This document shows, one piece after another, positions 12,901 through 26,500 of a stretch of 50,045 nucleotides of DNA. The translations under genes and the position numbers were made by a program. A model generated the notes under the pieces. That model had not been told where the DNA came from, did no database searches, and worked only from the letters and a program-made list of their open reading frames with translations. The first letter of the stretch is position 1, and every line of letters begins with the position of its first letter. The DNA comes from Catajapyx aquilonaris (lineage: Eukaryota), in NCBI GenBank assembly GCA_000934665.2, contig KZ537988.1:124001-174045 (forward strand), written 5' to 3'.

Positions 12901-15900
12901 TCGGATTTTAATACCCTATTGTAGACATATCTAAGTGATTTTAGATTTGAAATGCTAAGAAATGTCTAAAATTTTGGTTTTGCTATAGTTTGTTTCGATA
13001 TGAGTTCCATTTGTTCATTTTTTTCATTCATTCATTACATCACGGCTTAATTCCCATAAAGGGGTAGCCAGCGGTGACCAGGGTATAATACCATTTGTCA
13101 CTCGAAAAATGTAAATACGTTAATCGGTGTCGTGCCTAATAATCCGTTCAGACATGTCTGGTGTTATATACCGTTTCAATCCTGTAGGTGCTGTATCTTT
13201 TCGCCATACATGTATCTCCCCCCCCAAAAAGTCAATCGGGGTCAGATCTGAGCTCCTGGTGGGGCTATAGGCATGGGGAAACTTCTCATTCATGACTTCG
13301 CACACTGGGAGGATGAACTAATGAAACTTTCCTCAAGTTTGTGTCATGGTTGAGGCAACTGTTTATGTGCATCATCAAGAACAATGTGTGTGGTGTAAAG
13401 ATCCAATCACCTCCAGCACCTACGGGATAGGATCGTAACTGTATGTCCAGAAATGATTGAGCGGGTATGGCACGATACCGAATATCGTCTTTTGTATCTG
13501 CCGAGCGAGAAATGAAGCGCACACATCGAAACAAACTAAACTTTAGACCTTTCTTAGCATTTCAAAACTTAAATCATTAAGATTATTATGTCTACAAGTT
13601 CTCGCGTTATCAGGTTTCGAAATCCGCGCATTCTTTTTTGATCATCCTGTATTCCAAGTAATCTACTAACAGTTATGGATTATGGCACTGGTTTACACTA
13701 TTGGACATTTGTGATGACATGCCAACATGGCATGAAGTAGTACCTCATCCTTGTGAATTGTCACTTGTGTGTCAGATTGTTTTAACTTTTCATAAGTGTA
13801 AATAAGCAGCTTTTTCGTCCTCTTACTGACTGCCAGGAATCTGAGGAGAATTTTTGTCTAAACTACGTACAATGTAGCCTGGTCTGGAAGTAACATCTGA
13901 TACGATACGATTGTATAATTTTTTTTAGTGATTGCAAAGATATATTCAAAGAAAATCAAATGTGCCGTACAGGTATTATAGTATGGCCGTATGAAAGTGG
14001 TCCGATATAAATTGCGGTACCGGTATGTCAGTAAAACGTGTTGCATTCGAACCATTCGTGGGCGCACTACCCAAAAAGTAAAATCTCTGGTGTACATAAT
14101 ATAGGTCCCTAAAAGGCTAATCAATCAATCAGTAGTCAATCAAACCAATAATAAACATCGTGTGTATATGGGTATCATACCAACAGCTGCTGTATATTGA
14201 CCCTGAACCGGTTATGAGCAATGGATGAAGATGAACCATATAATAATTGAGTTACTAATGGTGTCCATGTAGGCTATAAGCTAACGGGGATTTGAGTGAC
14301 AAAGAATCGCATTAGGCCTGCTAATGTGTGCGCGGGTTGTTCAGTGGGGATATGTTTAGTAGGTTAATTTGGATCAAGAGCTTTCAATCAAAATATTGCA
14401 TGCATAAAAATTTAATTGATGATGGCAACAAGTATAGAACTCGTGCAGGCAGCACTTTTTACTCACATTTTGACTCAAAACATGCTCTCATAGCCATTAC
14501 TGTAGATTGATACATCTGCAGACCGAGATAATGAACGAATGGAATCGTTTAAAAAACAACATAATCACACAATTCCGCCTGGATACATTTTGCAATTATT
14601 GACATTCTGAAAAATCTTATACCATAGAAGTCGGACGACGGACGTGCTTTTGTGCCGTAACCCGTAAAAGCACCACTTATTCTAGAGAGCGGCCGGTCCA
14701 CCATGACCTATACTGCCTATAGCACATACTGTATGTAATATTACTCGACTAATTACTCCCTCTTCCCTTTGAATAATATTTGCGGTTACGTTCAGTAGCT
14801 ACGGAGATTTTAGCACAAAAATATAAGTAAATAAGTTTTAAAAAGTCAGTGTACGTATAGGCCTATACATGCTGCTCAACCAGCAGATTCGAGCAGATGA
14901 CTCACTCTGTAATGTGCTACGCAGCTAAGGTGACATCGGATACTGTAAGGTAAAGTGGGGGAAGTGCATACACGGGGTAAGTGCATATATTGTGCCGCCA
15001 TATTGGAATGAAAATGGCTGACGACACCAAAACGCGGGGGATGTTTTGTGCAGCTACACAAAAGAGTGCCTGACGGGTTTTGGTGTCGTCAGCCATTTTA
15101 ATTCCAATATGGCGGCACAATATATGCACTTACCCCGTGTATGCACTTCCCCCACTTCACCTTACAGTACACTGTACAGCATTGCATTTATACTGTAGGT
15201 ATTACAAGTGGAGACTTTGGTGACAATGAGAGAATATAATAGGGTATAGTGTACAGTTTCTTGTCGTACACACAGCTGCTATGATAATTATGTCTACCAC
15301 ACAGCTACATTAGGCAAGACCTGAGGCAATTGTATTTATTCTTTGTACAGTTTAAGACCTAATGCCAACTTATGTGCTATTGTTTTGTGAAAGTATGTGT
15401 TGTAAGGGTATTTATAAAATGTGTATTCCTGCTTCTTCCCCTAAGAGGTGAATGTATACAGCATACCTAAATGGGGGTTACCATCAATTACAAAATATCT
15501 TAATAATATTAAGATAATATTTATATAGAGTTATAATGCGCCTCTCTAGCGTTGATAAAACCTACGTCGTGTTAGGGGGTTTATCCGATGGAAAACTAAA
15601 TCCCAAGTGTCCCGTTGTATCGCAAAAGCGGTGTTTCTTTATTTTCAAAAGGGGATAATTTTACTGCGAATTTATCAGGCTGAAATTATTTTCAATGTAG
15701 CCTACAATAGCGTATATTATTATTAATTATTATTACTGAAAATTATTTGTTATGAAATATACTAATGCAATTTTAATGTCACCATACCAAGAAATATATT
15801 GCAGCCTGCAGGTAATGTAAGTTGTAGCACATCAGTTACAAAATTACAGGCAATGAAATGTAACGATAACATATATTATGTATGCCCTGGTTTCTATACA

Positions 15901-16677
15901 TGATTGCGATACACTATCGCACGGCCCTTATTGGCACGGCCTCTCGCACTGAGTTTCCTTGCGATATATAGCAAGGTGAAATTTCCTTATTATTATCATT
16001 ATGGCCAACCGTTAGGCTTCATTGCAGAGATAATCTTATGCCAACTTTGCTCCGCCAAACATGGAAATAACAGCGGTTATCCTACTGCCGTTTATTACAC
16101 TCTCCAACCACCGGGGGTTCCATAAAGTTCGCCCGATGCATATTCGCCCGCTATACATTACAGCAGTAGCCTATTTCAGTTATCGGTTTCAAATAAATAA
16201 ATAAAAGCAGATTGTTAAGCAAAGTAATTAGCTCCGCAATCCTCTGTCTAGTATGTAGACTTGAGGTATGACTATCTGAATTATAGTTTCATGCAGGCGA
16301 TACATTTATGTTTCAAGAGGTAATGCACTAGGCCTACCGTCACTCTTGTCGCTCTCCCCGTTGACCCTGCAGGGACTCTTCCTATCCAACACAGGCAGAA
16401 CCCTAGGCCCGGCCCGGGGCAAACCGGCCGGATTTCCGGCCCAGCTGGCAGGTGCACATGGAGCCCTCTGATCCTCCAAGTCCAGGAGGCTGCTGACAGA
16501 AAACCGCTTGGAGTTTTCCGAAGAAGAGCAGGAGGATCCGGAAGAGGAGGACGAAGGCGATGAGTACGGCGCCATGGCCATACCCAACCCCAGTTTGTCC
16601 AGGTAGGCAACGGCCAGGAGGGAATCAGGGCTGCCCCCGTAGGAGCACCCCATGGGCACGGGGTAACCTCCGCTCAT
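9970..16677 (-). CDS. Prrx: Paired-related homeobox protein (Prrx/CG9876 family); exons 16677-16338, 11391-11216, 10560-10353, 10285-10148, 10091-9970
   Basis: Q50 paired-like homeodomain [61 protein letters not shown], eh1-like [20 protein letters not shown] motif and C-terminal OAR motif [15 protein letters not shown]. Phases 1,0,1,1 are all consistent. A further in-frame ATG lies at 16779. Confidence 0.92.
12879..13649 (-). mobile_element. Decayed, internally deleted Tc1/mariner-superfamily DNA transposon in Prrx intron 1
   Basis: TA-CAGGGTG...CATCCTG-TA termini and long imperfect TIRs (aaaagaatgc.cggattt; tttgaaatgctaagaaa..tctaaa; tagtttgtttcgat mirrored at both ends). The internal minus-strand remnant [12 protein letters not shown] (~13225-13268) resembles the WPPRSPDLTPLDF transposase motif. 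Confidence 0.8.
13015..13090 (-). mobile_element. 5'-truncated retroposon 3' tail (L2/CR1-type LINE or SINE) nested in the mariner element
   Basis: Minus strand ends in a (TGAA)n-like tail. The fragment is flanked by the 8-bp direct repeat CCATTTGT (13007-13014 and 13091-13098). Confidence 0.55.
14943..15167. mobile_element. Palindromic MITE with TA target-site duplication (Tc1/mariner/pogo type)
   Basis: About 90-bp near-perfect inverted arms CTGTAAGGTAAAGTGGGGGAAGTGCATACACGGGGTAAGTG... / ...CACTTACCCCGTGTATGCACTTCCCCCACTTCACCTTACAG, flanked by TA on both sides, with a short spacer. Confidence 0.85.
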
Positions 16678-17418
16678 GTCCACCCTCGGCCGGGTGTCCT
16701 CCGGGTGCTGGCGGTAATGCTGCAGCGCCGACCACTCCTCATTGCCACGGACACATCGCACTGGACCGCACCCCGGCATTGTCCATACGTCCTGAAACAG
16801 CAGACATCCCGAGAGGTCATCTTCATGCCGGTGGCCATCACTTCACGGGGCCGGCCTTACCTTCAGGACTGCAATTCCAGGTGAAACAACCAAAATTGTG
16901 GGTGCACCTCCACCTGCTTGGGTACTTCACAAGAGTGTCGCCAACGAGGTTTCAGGATGGGACTGCCGCCAAAATGCGGTGCGCACAGGCCCTCTTCGTC
17001 TGCCCTCCTCCTTCTACCCCACTACTCTGCCTCCTCCCCGCCCACGCACCACGTGACTGTAACCCCCACTACTTTCCAGTCTCCCACCCCCTACCGAGTG
17101 GGTCAAGGGTCACGACGGCCTTTTGCCCTCAGCCTTAGTGGGACCAGAAGCCGCCCAAAGTGCTTGCCTGCCATCCTCATCGCATGTCCTTCACATGTCC
17201 GCACTCCTCGGACACATGCACCACTTGCGACGGTATCACGTGCGAGGAATATGTAGCGCAATTTATCATGTAAACAAGTGTACAACTATTGCATCAAAAA
17301 TGTCAATTAATGTCGAGATATTTGCCTCTAAAGCATGTCATTAATAAAACCAGTTGGCATCTCTATTATGCCATCATCACAAAGATCAATTAATTCAACC
17401 AATGTGATAGTTCATAAT

Positions 17419-17468
17419 GTCCCTTAATTGGCCCGATTGGGTCCCTTAATTGGCCCGATTGGGTCCCT
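17419..17468. repeat. 22-bp tandem duplication (GTCCCTTAATTGGCCCGATTGG x2.3)
   Basis: Exact copies at 17419-17440 and 17441-17462, plus a partial third copy. Confidence 0.9.
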
Positions 17469-20400
17469 CAAATAGCACATGATTGTTATTATTAATTGTT
17501 GGCAGTGTTTCGTCTCTTCGGGCGTCGTCACGCATGGGTACTGCCAATGACAATGTCATTGTCGGAAGAATGTAAGCGTTGTATTTACCCTATTTTTACC
17601 CTATTTTAAAACCCAGTTGCAAATCAGTAAAATATCCGGGCAGGAACTCGGACAAGTACAAAATAACAGTGTATCTGCGTATGGCACCAGCAGTCCCTCA
17701 TGTTTGCCATGCACCATCTGACACTTGCAGGAGGGGGTGGTTGAAGAAGACGAAGGGCCTCTGTCGATTGGTGGTAATTGAGTCCTCTTCAGGGAGGTCT
17801 TCTTCTTGCCCTCCCTCCCACCCATCTCCAGCAGACATGTCTAATGGGATGCAGATCTCCCGGGAATAAGTCCTCAACTTCCTTCCTTTCCGTTGGAAAC
17901 ATCATTATTAGGCTCTTCCAATATGCTCCAGATCTGTCAATGCCTCCCAAGTACATCTCTAGTTGATGTGTTCCCATATGGTGGCAGCAGACATTGGTGC
18001 GACTTCCAGGAGCCGACCAGACGAAATAAGGGCCGCGTTTGTCTGCCTTTTGGTTTCCGTGTCCTCAGGGTGTCCGCAGGTTCCAAGAACTTCAACCTGA
18101 CCATCCCTCCAGTTTTATTGCCCCAAGCGCAGTGACCAGGATGCTTCGGTGTAAAACTGGGGGTATCGAATTCCCCCCTTCTGTCGACAAGGCGGCGACC
18201 ACCGAGCATGTGGTCCTCCTCCACACCAGCAAAAGACGTTGAAAGGATCGCGAAACGCCAAGAGATTTATTGGGCCTTAACAGCTCGCAATAAGCAGTTA
18301 ACGAGGGACTGAATTAGCTCAGAGCTGGAGCAGCTTCCAGAAGGAAAAACGGAAGCTGCAACAACCCCCCGCCCCCAAAAAGTGTCGGTTCTTTTTGACC
18401 CTCCATCTGGCATTCTTTACGAGGAAGATGTTGCACCATTTGTTCTTTTTTTTCCTGATTCCTCCGGACTAACAGTGTTTCGTCGCTTTGTGTTTCCAGA
18501 AATGTTGTTGCATATTGTTTCCTGGCTCGTAAAGTTGGGTGCCCAGATTATTACTTTGCTTGTTTGCACCTATTTCGAAAATGGCTCGGCAGGATGCGTG
18601 GAAGGTTATAAAAACCGAGTTTGACATTCAAAATCCACGGCAAATGGTGGCTATCAACCAGTTTTAACGTCAAGGTTCTAAGTAAGTGTTGTCAAGAAGG
18701 TCCTATTTTGCGGCTTGTTATTGCCAACTTATGAGTGTTTACTATTTTCGCATCCCTAGCTCGTTTCTGGACAGAAAGTAGCGTTGTTTTGTTGGAAAAC
18801 AGGGTAGGATGGATGGTACAGGGGGTGTCACGAACCAAAAGACCCGCGCTTGAGAAATGGCCCGGTGACAAACAATGCAGCGACGAAAACTTCGCTTTCC
18901 AAAAATGTGCAAACAAAACAAGCTGAGCCATCAGAAAACCGACAATTACGACTTGTTTCGCCTCCATTCCACTGCAAAACCAGTCACAACTCTTGGCATT
19001 CATTTCAGGATGAGGTCAGCTTTCTGAAAGATGGAAACGCGTCCATCTTCACAGTTCATCTGTAGCGAAACATGCAACAATTAGACCGCAGGGAAAGCAA
19101 TCCGCGATGCAAAATGCGGGCCTCCCATCCCTCCAGGTCCTGTCGGAGGCCATCTATTCACAAAATGACCTCTTCCATCATCCAGATTTACGACCAGGGG
19201 CTGCCTCTTCTCGCCTTCTCCTTTTCCCCCCGCTGGCAGCGATTCATGGGGGCAGGTGCGGCATCGGACAAACATCGGCGAGACCACCATCAAGTTCCCC
19301 GATTGGACACCACCACATTAAAAACCTCCAGGGAAATAGAAACCGCGTTCCTAATAAGACCATCTTAATTAGGCCTCCCGAGACTACAGCCATGTGGTCA
19401 CCTGCATATTCTCACCCTGAAGAGTGCTAAGTGTGTAGGTCATATCCAAAAGACGCCGGCAATCCCTTATCTGGATGAAGATGTTACTAAGCTGCATATA
19501 ACACTTTCCCTGACAGCTTCCGCCATCTTCCTATCCCCCCGAAGAAAGGGGCGCAAGATGGATCTGGCTCTAAATTTGTGAGCTGTGTATATGTGGTGTT
19601 GGGATAGCTCGGGACTAATCCAGCGTCTCGGAAAGTGTACAAAAAAGTACCGGCTTGAGGGACAACCGCAGCCGCCTTAGCTGGCAATCCTCAGGAAGCA
19701 AACGACCTGTTTGGATTCTACCCATGGCCGCCACACAAAGAGACACCGACATGAATACTTCGTTTGTACACCGAGGGTATCCAGTGCGGTACAACGAAGC
19801 TAATTAGCCCACTGCAAATGGCGCGTGCTTCAACCAAACCGCCCAAATGTCACATGCTCGAAATAACACCAAAAATACTGGAATTGTAGAAATATTTCAG
19901 AAATTAAATGCTTTTAGTATACAGTACACATTTATTAATAGTTGTACATGGTATTTTCAATGAAGAAAATGGTCCTCCTATGTCAAGGACTAGAATTGTC
20001 CCTTAGGGGTATTATAGAAGCAAGAAGTGCGACTTTCCTGTGTCGTGTCCGCCGTCATAGCCAGTTCCACTGGAGGGAATAAATAAGGCTAATGAAGTAG
20101 ACATGACATGGACCAATCAGCGAAGTCTCAGAGAGGTTTTGCCAGGTCTCTTTATCTCTCCCGCATATGCAGACACACTATCACAGAAGCTTCGGGCAAG
20201 AAGAGGTCTGCAGAAGTAATTAGGGAGAGATCATAATAATCCCACCCAAGGCGTATAAATCCCTGAGACAAGTTGTGGAAAGCCGGGGTCTTCCTTCAAG
20301 TCACGCTAATTATCATTCCAGCTAACTCCATCCCCTTCCGAAAAAGACCTCCAGAAGAACGAATGGGAGCATAGGAAAATGAAGAGGATGCCTTGGCTGG

Positions 20401-23400
20401 AAGCGACAGGGCGGAGAGAGTCAGGAAAACACTTCAAGACTCTTAACCTGCAACAGATTTCTTGGGGAGGGAAAAAGAAGGAGGCGCCTATTGGCGGCCC
20501 AGACGGCTCAAGGGGGCCGCCCTCGGGTGCCTCTGCCCTCCCCAAAAAGTGTTGCCACTTCCTGTGGAATGCGAGTGTCTGGGTGCAGCATCTTTCTCCT
20601 AATGCTGCATAATGGGGCTTTCCTCTCTTGAAAAGTGTCGTATACCACACATGTAATTATGCGGAAAATTTCTTAATGCTGGTTGAATGAAGTCGGGTTG
20701 TGACAACAGTGTGCTTGGTTATTATGTTCCTAGAAGTAATAAGCAAAAGCATGAACATACTTCTTCACAATTACCATGCCACATATCAGAAGCAGACAAA
20801 ATGATTCTACTTACTTGACACCTGCTGAAGGTAGTGACAACATCAAGAATTTATCATGACATGAGTAAACAAGCGGATTGTAAAACAGAACTCAAGCAGC
20901 ACACACACAATCATGTCAATGTAATGAGGGATGTGTACAGTTATGGGCAAAATGTAGAAGCAGAAAAACACATAGACGGAAGCCTTCTATAGCAATAAAT
21001 CAGTGCTAGCAGTGTCAGACGACTACCATTCATCAACATTTATATACGCTGATGTGAATATGTGATCACTGTTACGTAAGACAGTTCCTCATTTTATGGA
21101 TACATTTTGTTCATGCCAAGCAAATCAAAGTCATACGCAACTCACACTAACAAGCAAATTGCACCTTTCTCTAGGAAGCTGTAATTAAAAATGCAGATAA
21201 GATTTAATTTCTTTATTAGGCAGTTTGTACAGAAACAGTGAAGGTCATGAGCAACTATGATTTTAACATAGTGTAAACTTTTATGAAAAATGGAATGGAT
21301 GGATCACTATGGCAATCGCATCCACCTGGCTAGCAGCATGCAGTCTTCACGACACCAACCTGGTCGTTGTATGCAAAGGGTCTGACAAGCCTACGCTCGT
21401 GCCACATGGGTTTCGAAAATGTGGCATGCCAGATGGCACGGTCAAGTGCCAGAAACAACGGCACAGCCAAATAGTAGAAATTCATAAATTGCATGTCTCC
21501 ATTGTCAGTTCTTCTTGGACAAACGCGTGTTTGAACAGAAACTTCTCGTCAGAAAAAATACCAAATGATTTCACCAAACCTTGAATAGAGTGCTCAATCT
21601 CAAGACTGAAGATTTCCACCATGAAAGAGATTGCGACCTCATGACACTGAAGCAGCACGTGCAATTAGTATGGCTGCTATTAGAGCAGCCAGTCCGTAGT
21701 TACAATTAGCAATCTTAAATGAGCTATACAATATCATTTTATAGCTGCCTCTTCATTTAATAATTATGCAGCATACTGTACGGTTGACTAATTCATTTCC
21801 AGATTAGTAACTGAGTAATGACACATAGATCACAGCAATAATAACAGGTGTTGATGTGTCATGACCACACTAGATTTTGATTATAAAATAATGTCACTAT
21901 CAATAATCTGCCTGATATTAATCATGCGCTTCCTTGCAAATGTTTTGTGCGTCTCTTGCAAGTGAGCAGAAAATATACAAACAATTTGTACTTGTGGAGG
22001 AGGCTAAGTGTAGGCAGCACTAAAACTCACTCACAAATACAGCACAATTCGCTAAGTCGGTCATGAGCACAACAGCAACTGCTTTTTAGACTTATAATTA
22101 CTAACATCAGCTTAGTTCTTGGCAAAAGTTTGATTCTTATGTGAACTATATTAATGTATATTATCTCCAGCCAATAAATTTTACCAATAAAACGTAACAA
22201 GCAGTGTTCAAAAGATAGCACCCTATTGTAACAACATGTGGCAGGATTACAAAGTAGGACATTCCAATGTTTACATCAGAAATAAAATGGTTGGTGTCTT
22301 GTCAGTCTTTTGAACACTGCGCAAATTTTGTGACGCCACGTTAGAAAGATTGCTTCACCTAGGACAAAGCAATTGATGTCACAACGCAACTCATCTTACT
22401 TGTTGACTAGTCATCATTTATGGCTTACTCCCTAAACCTCTTCGTACATTACAAATGAACACTTCATGTTGTACACCTTTAACATTGTCATCGAGTAGAA
22501 ACACTTGTAGGAAAAAACCGGGTGGTGTACTGCACCCAATAAAATAACCAACACTATTTCCTTTTCTTACAAATGATAGCAACAGGAGCTGCCTAAAAAG
22601 TGGGCTCCATTCACGTTGGCACTAAATAATCCGATTGGAAAACACAAGTGCCACTCATCGACAAAATGCAATCAAGGAAGCATATTATATTTGTCTTCTC
22701 TCTTAAACAGCCGACTATTCTTTTGATAAAAATCTCGGGTGTTTTTTTTCCCAGCATCATGTGTCTCTCAGCTTCCCCTGAAATAATATCTTCCCACCTA
22801 TCATACAAACGAACATATCCCAGTCCCTAGTGTACATCCAAGCAAATTAAGGAAGCCCAGAGACACGTAGGAAGTAACTGCTTCACCCTGAGATAAGCAA
22901 CAGTGTACATGTATGAATAAGCACATGGGGAAAAGGGAGAATGCTGCTTAATAAACCGTGCCAAAAAATGTTGTCTGAAGTGGCAACGGAGTAGAAAAGA
23001 GATGGTGGGGGCAGGAAAGGGGGGTGGTGGTGGTGACGAGGAGGGGTGGAAAGTAATGTGAAAGGGAAATTCAGAGTGTCAGGAGTAGCTCCCTTCTTCC
23101 CTGCTGTTTATTTGTGGGAGTTGGGCTGGGTCGGTAAACACTGGGATTCCTTTTGGTGCCTTTGGGATGTAAGGGGGGTTATTTCGAGTGCCAACTTTAA
23201 TGAGGGTGGGTGGCTTTGTGAAGAGTGGGTGGTGCATGAGGGTCGGGTAGGGTGGGGTTGAGGGTATTAATCCTGTCATACACATTTAGTGGGTATAAGG
23301 GCTGGTGGCTAAGTTCTACTTGAAGGAGAAATGTGAAGATGCATCAATGTCGCTACTGGCATACCTGTCCCATCAAACAATTCTCTTCGAGACAGCCAGC

Positions 23401-23563
23401 ATTTTTAAAACGTGCCTTGAAAACACACTTTGGTTGCGCCTGCAGTTGTGCAGAAGCAACAAAGTGCAGAAGGTGAAAATAACATTAAAATGATTTCTTT
23501 CCCACCTCCCTTTGCACAACTCTTCTCACCTCTGGCTCTTTACCTCCTCTTTTTCTTCTCATC

Positions 23564-26500
23564 TCATAGCATCTTGAGCATTGCAGTCACCATCTTTCCA
23601 ATACCATCATAAACCTCATGGAAATGCCCCTCATACATGAAGGCAGGTGTGGTCACTATTCGATTGCTTGAATCCACACACACTTCCTCCACACCCTATA
23701 AGTAAACCAGATTTTTGCTGCTTTAATTCAGAATCATAATAAAAAATGTCATTAGTCTGACAAATTGAGGTAACATCAAACAAACAGTAGGATATAGCAG
23801 CATGTGTGAAAAATATGCTCATTAATATAATGTATGAGGGCGACACGGTGGCCGAGTGGTTAGCGCCGCAGCCTTCCACCTCTAAGGTCCCGAGTTCGAT
23901 CCCCGGGTCGGACGGAGGATACTTATGTGGAAAGAGTTTCGATGGGTTCTCTCCGTGTTCGCGTGGGTTTTCTCGGGGTTCTCCCGTTTCCTCCCACTAT
24001 CAAAATCCATCACATTACAGGCAAATGATTAAAGTCGGATATTCAAAAGATGATCCCCTAAGAGGCCCAAGGGGCCTATCACGGGGTATCCATTATTATT
24101 ATTATTATTATTATAATGTATGAAAAGTGTCATTTGGTTGCATCCATGCATGTAGATCATTGACTGTAGGCTGCAGAGTGCGTATAAAGCCATCAACTGT
24201 TGGCAACAAATAACCAACAACAATTCCTAACATCTGCTAATCCTCAGTCAGTGATCTACCTGCATTGTTGAAACCAGGTACAAATGTGAATGGCATTTCC
24301 AGTTTTATATGGCTACAAAATGCACTCATATTGCACAAAATTTTAAACTTATATCTCATTTACTTCTGGAAGGTCTGCTCCTAGGGTAGAAGTTCCGTGA
24401 CTTAATTAAATTTTTCAGATCTTAGTAGTGATGTATGGAATGTTGGCTGCTTAGGAAAAGGATACAACCACCACTAATCAATTATCCTGGCAACAGAATA
24501 TTTGGATGATCCGGAATGAGTTTTTTGTTATCCTGAGCCTATGCAACCAACATTGCGTGCGTCACTAAAATCGTTTGATGGACATGGCAGAAACCTGTCC
24601 ATTACAGCAAAATTTTCAGGTCTCCTGCAATTCCACTATACACAGGTTTCACTATAGCATGCTGAAATACATGGAATAAAATGGTATAAAAATCTGGAAC
24701 AATATCACTAGGCTTGTTTGTAAAATGGCCAAACCTTGGAAAGCTTTCATGCCAATTTCTCATATCCCTTCATGGAGTGCCATGAGCTGGTAGCAGTTGC
24801 TACATTCTTACACAGAACTTAACTGACAGTGCTTGGTTAAGAGGGTTAGAAAATGGCACATAAATGAGGTATGCAGGGTAGTCAATATTAATTGAAATTT
24901 ATTAAAACTGTTAGCTACCTCAACTTAATTACTTCAAAAGCCTAAGGAAAATTCAAAGCCATCTATTCACTCTTGCATCCAGTCCCATGCAACTCCTACA
25001 ATACAGTAGCTTAATTAGAGCGTCTCTGCCAGCCTGCGGAATTTGGCGCTGGCGTCACTCACTAGGCGGATTGGGTTGCCAGACTCACTCATGTGGCTGT
25101 GAGTGAATCTGTGGAAGGGGGCTGAGTGTGCTGTACTGACAAGTGCATTTTGGACGGTTTGTGTTGGTTCAGAAGGTGTCCTCCCGAGTTTGACTGGCAA
25201 CCCGAACCTCCCCACTGAGCGACACCAGAGCCAGTGGAGACTCTCTTATTACACTACCACCACCATAATGAAAGGGTGGGAGTTGCAAGGGGCTGCTCGC
25301 ATCCAAGTAGTGGTTTGTAGGCAGACAATGTCTAACCTTGTTCTGTGTCTTTGCCCCCATGGCGTGTGCTGCCTCAATAGCCCCAGAGTACGGCCACTTC
25401 CCAGTTCCATTGTCAGGCTTTCCCAGAGTGACAGTGACCCCGGGCAACACCCTGGCAACGAGCACTGGTGCAATGCAGCAGAGGGCAATTGGCTTCTTGG
25501 CTGCATGGAACTCCTTCAGGATCCTTTCCACTTCTGGGTGGACCTTGCAGTTGGGACCATTTGTGGCAAAGTCAGACCTGAAAGGAGTGATGATAAATTA
25601 ACAGGAACAACAGTGATGATGTCAAATATTTTGTCAAAACATGCAGAATTGATCAGTCTTAGTTTTGTAATAAAAATGTCAAAATAATGTCACATAATTT
25701 CTTCTCCATAACATTTCTCTTCCTTTACTTATGAAGACATATTACAGGGGTCGAAATATTTGGATGCAAAGGTACCATTTGCACTCCAAACTGCTTCTTA
25801 ACTTGAATAAATCCAGTAATTAAAAATTCAGCACTCCAACGAAGTAATTTGGACTCCAGATGAAAGTATGGGGTGCAAACTTTGCACTGGGACAAAAAAT
25901 TTAAGATTCGACCCCTGATGTTATCACTAGAGTCTGGATTTTTAGGCATGAAAAAACTTCGAATAGACACAGAATTTTACTTTTGCAGGCACATGGAGGA
26001 TAATGTTACAGAAAATTAAAAGCTAGACAAATTTTATAGGCCTAAAGTATAAATAGAAGTAGGTCACAAACCAGACCAAAAACCAAATAACAACGATAAA
26101 CTTACAGTGAATCACAAAACTTCGGCAAAAGACACAAAGTGCAAGCAAGTATAACTTGCTCTCGACTCTACCGTTGATAGCCCATTTCCACTTGCACAGT
26201 GTGTTATCAAATATTTTTATAGATTTTCATTAGTGAAATTAATTACTTTGAACAATACTCCACAAAAAACAAACATGCCTCTGAAGGAATAGCTTAAGAA
26301 TAGGCCCAGATATATTTTCCACATCCTGCACTTATGAAATGGATAGATCTCTTCACAAGACCATCCCAACTGCAAAGGAACTAAATAGGCATTTGCCTAA
26401 AAATCTGGACTCTAGTTATCACTGCACAATATTGCTGTTTCACATAATTGTCAGAAACTCACAAGTTTTTAGCTGCTCCGAACCCTCCTGGAAACACCAC

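Noticed and set aside
17700..18240. GC-balanced stretch with several overlapping short ORFs
   Set aside because: No recognisable protein or transposon similarity.
23005..23265. G-run-rich tract with G-quadruplex potential
   Set aside because: Low-complexity sequence with no evidence of function; similar tracts occur elsewhere in the window.
23838..23912. tRNA-like sequence with A and B boxes
   Set aside because: It is the head of a SINE (continues into core and tail, flanked by TSD), not a tRNA gene.
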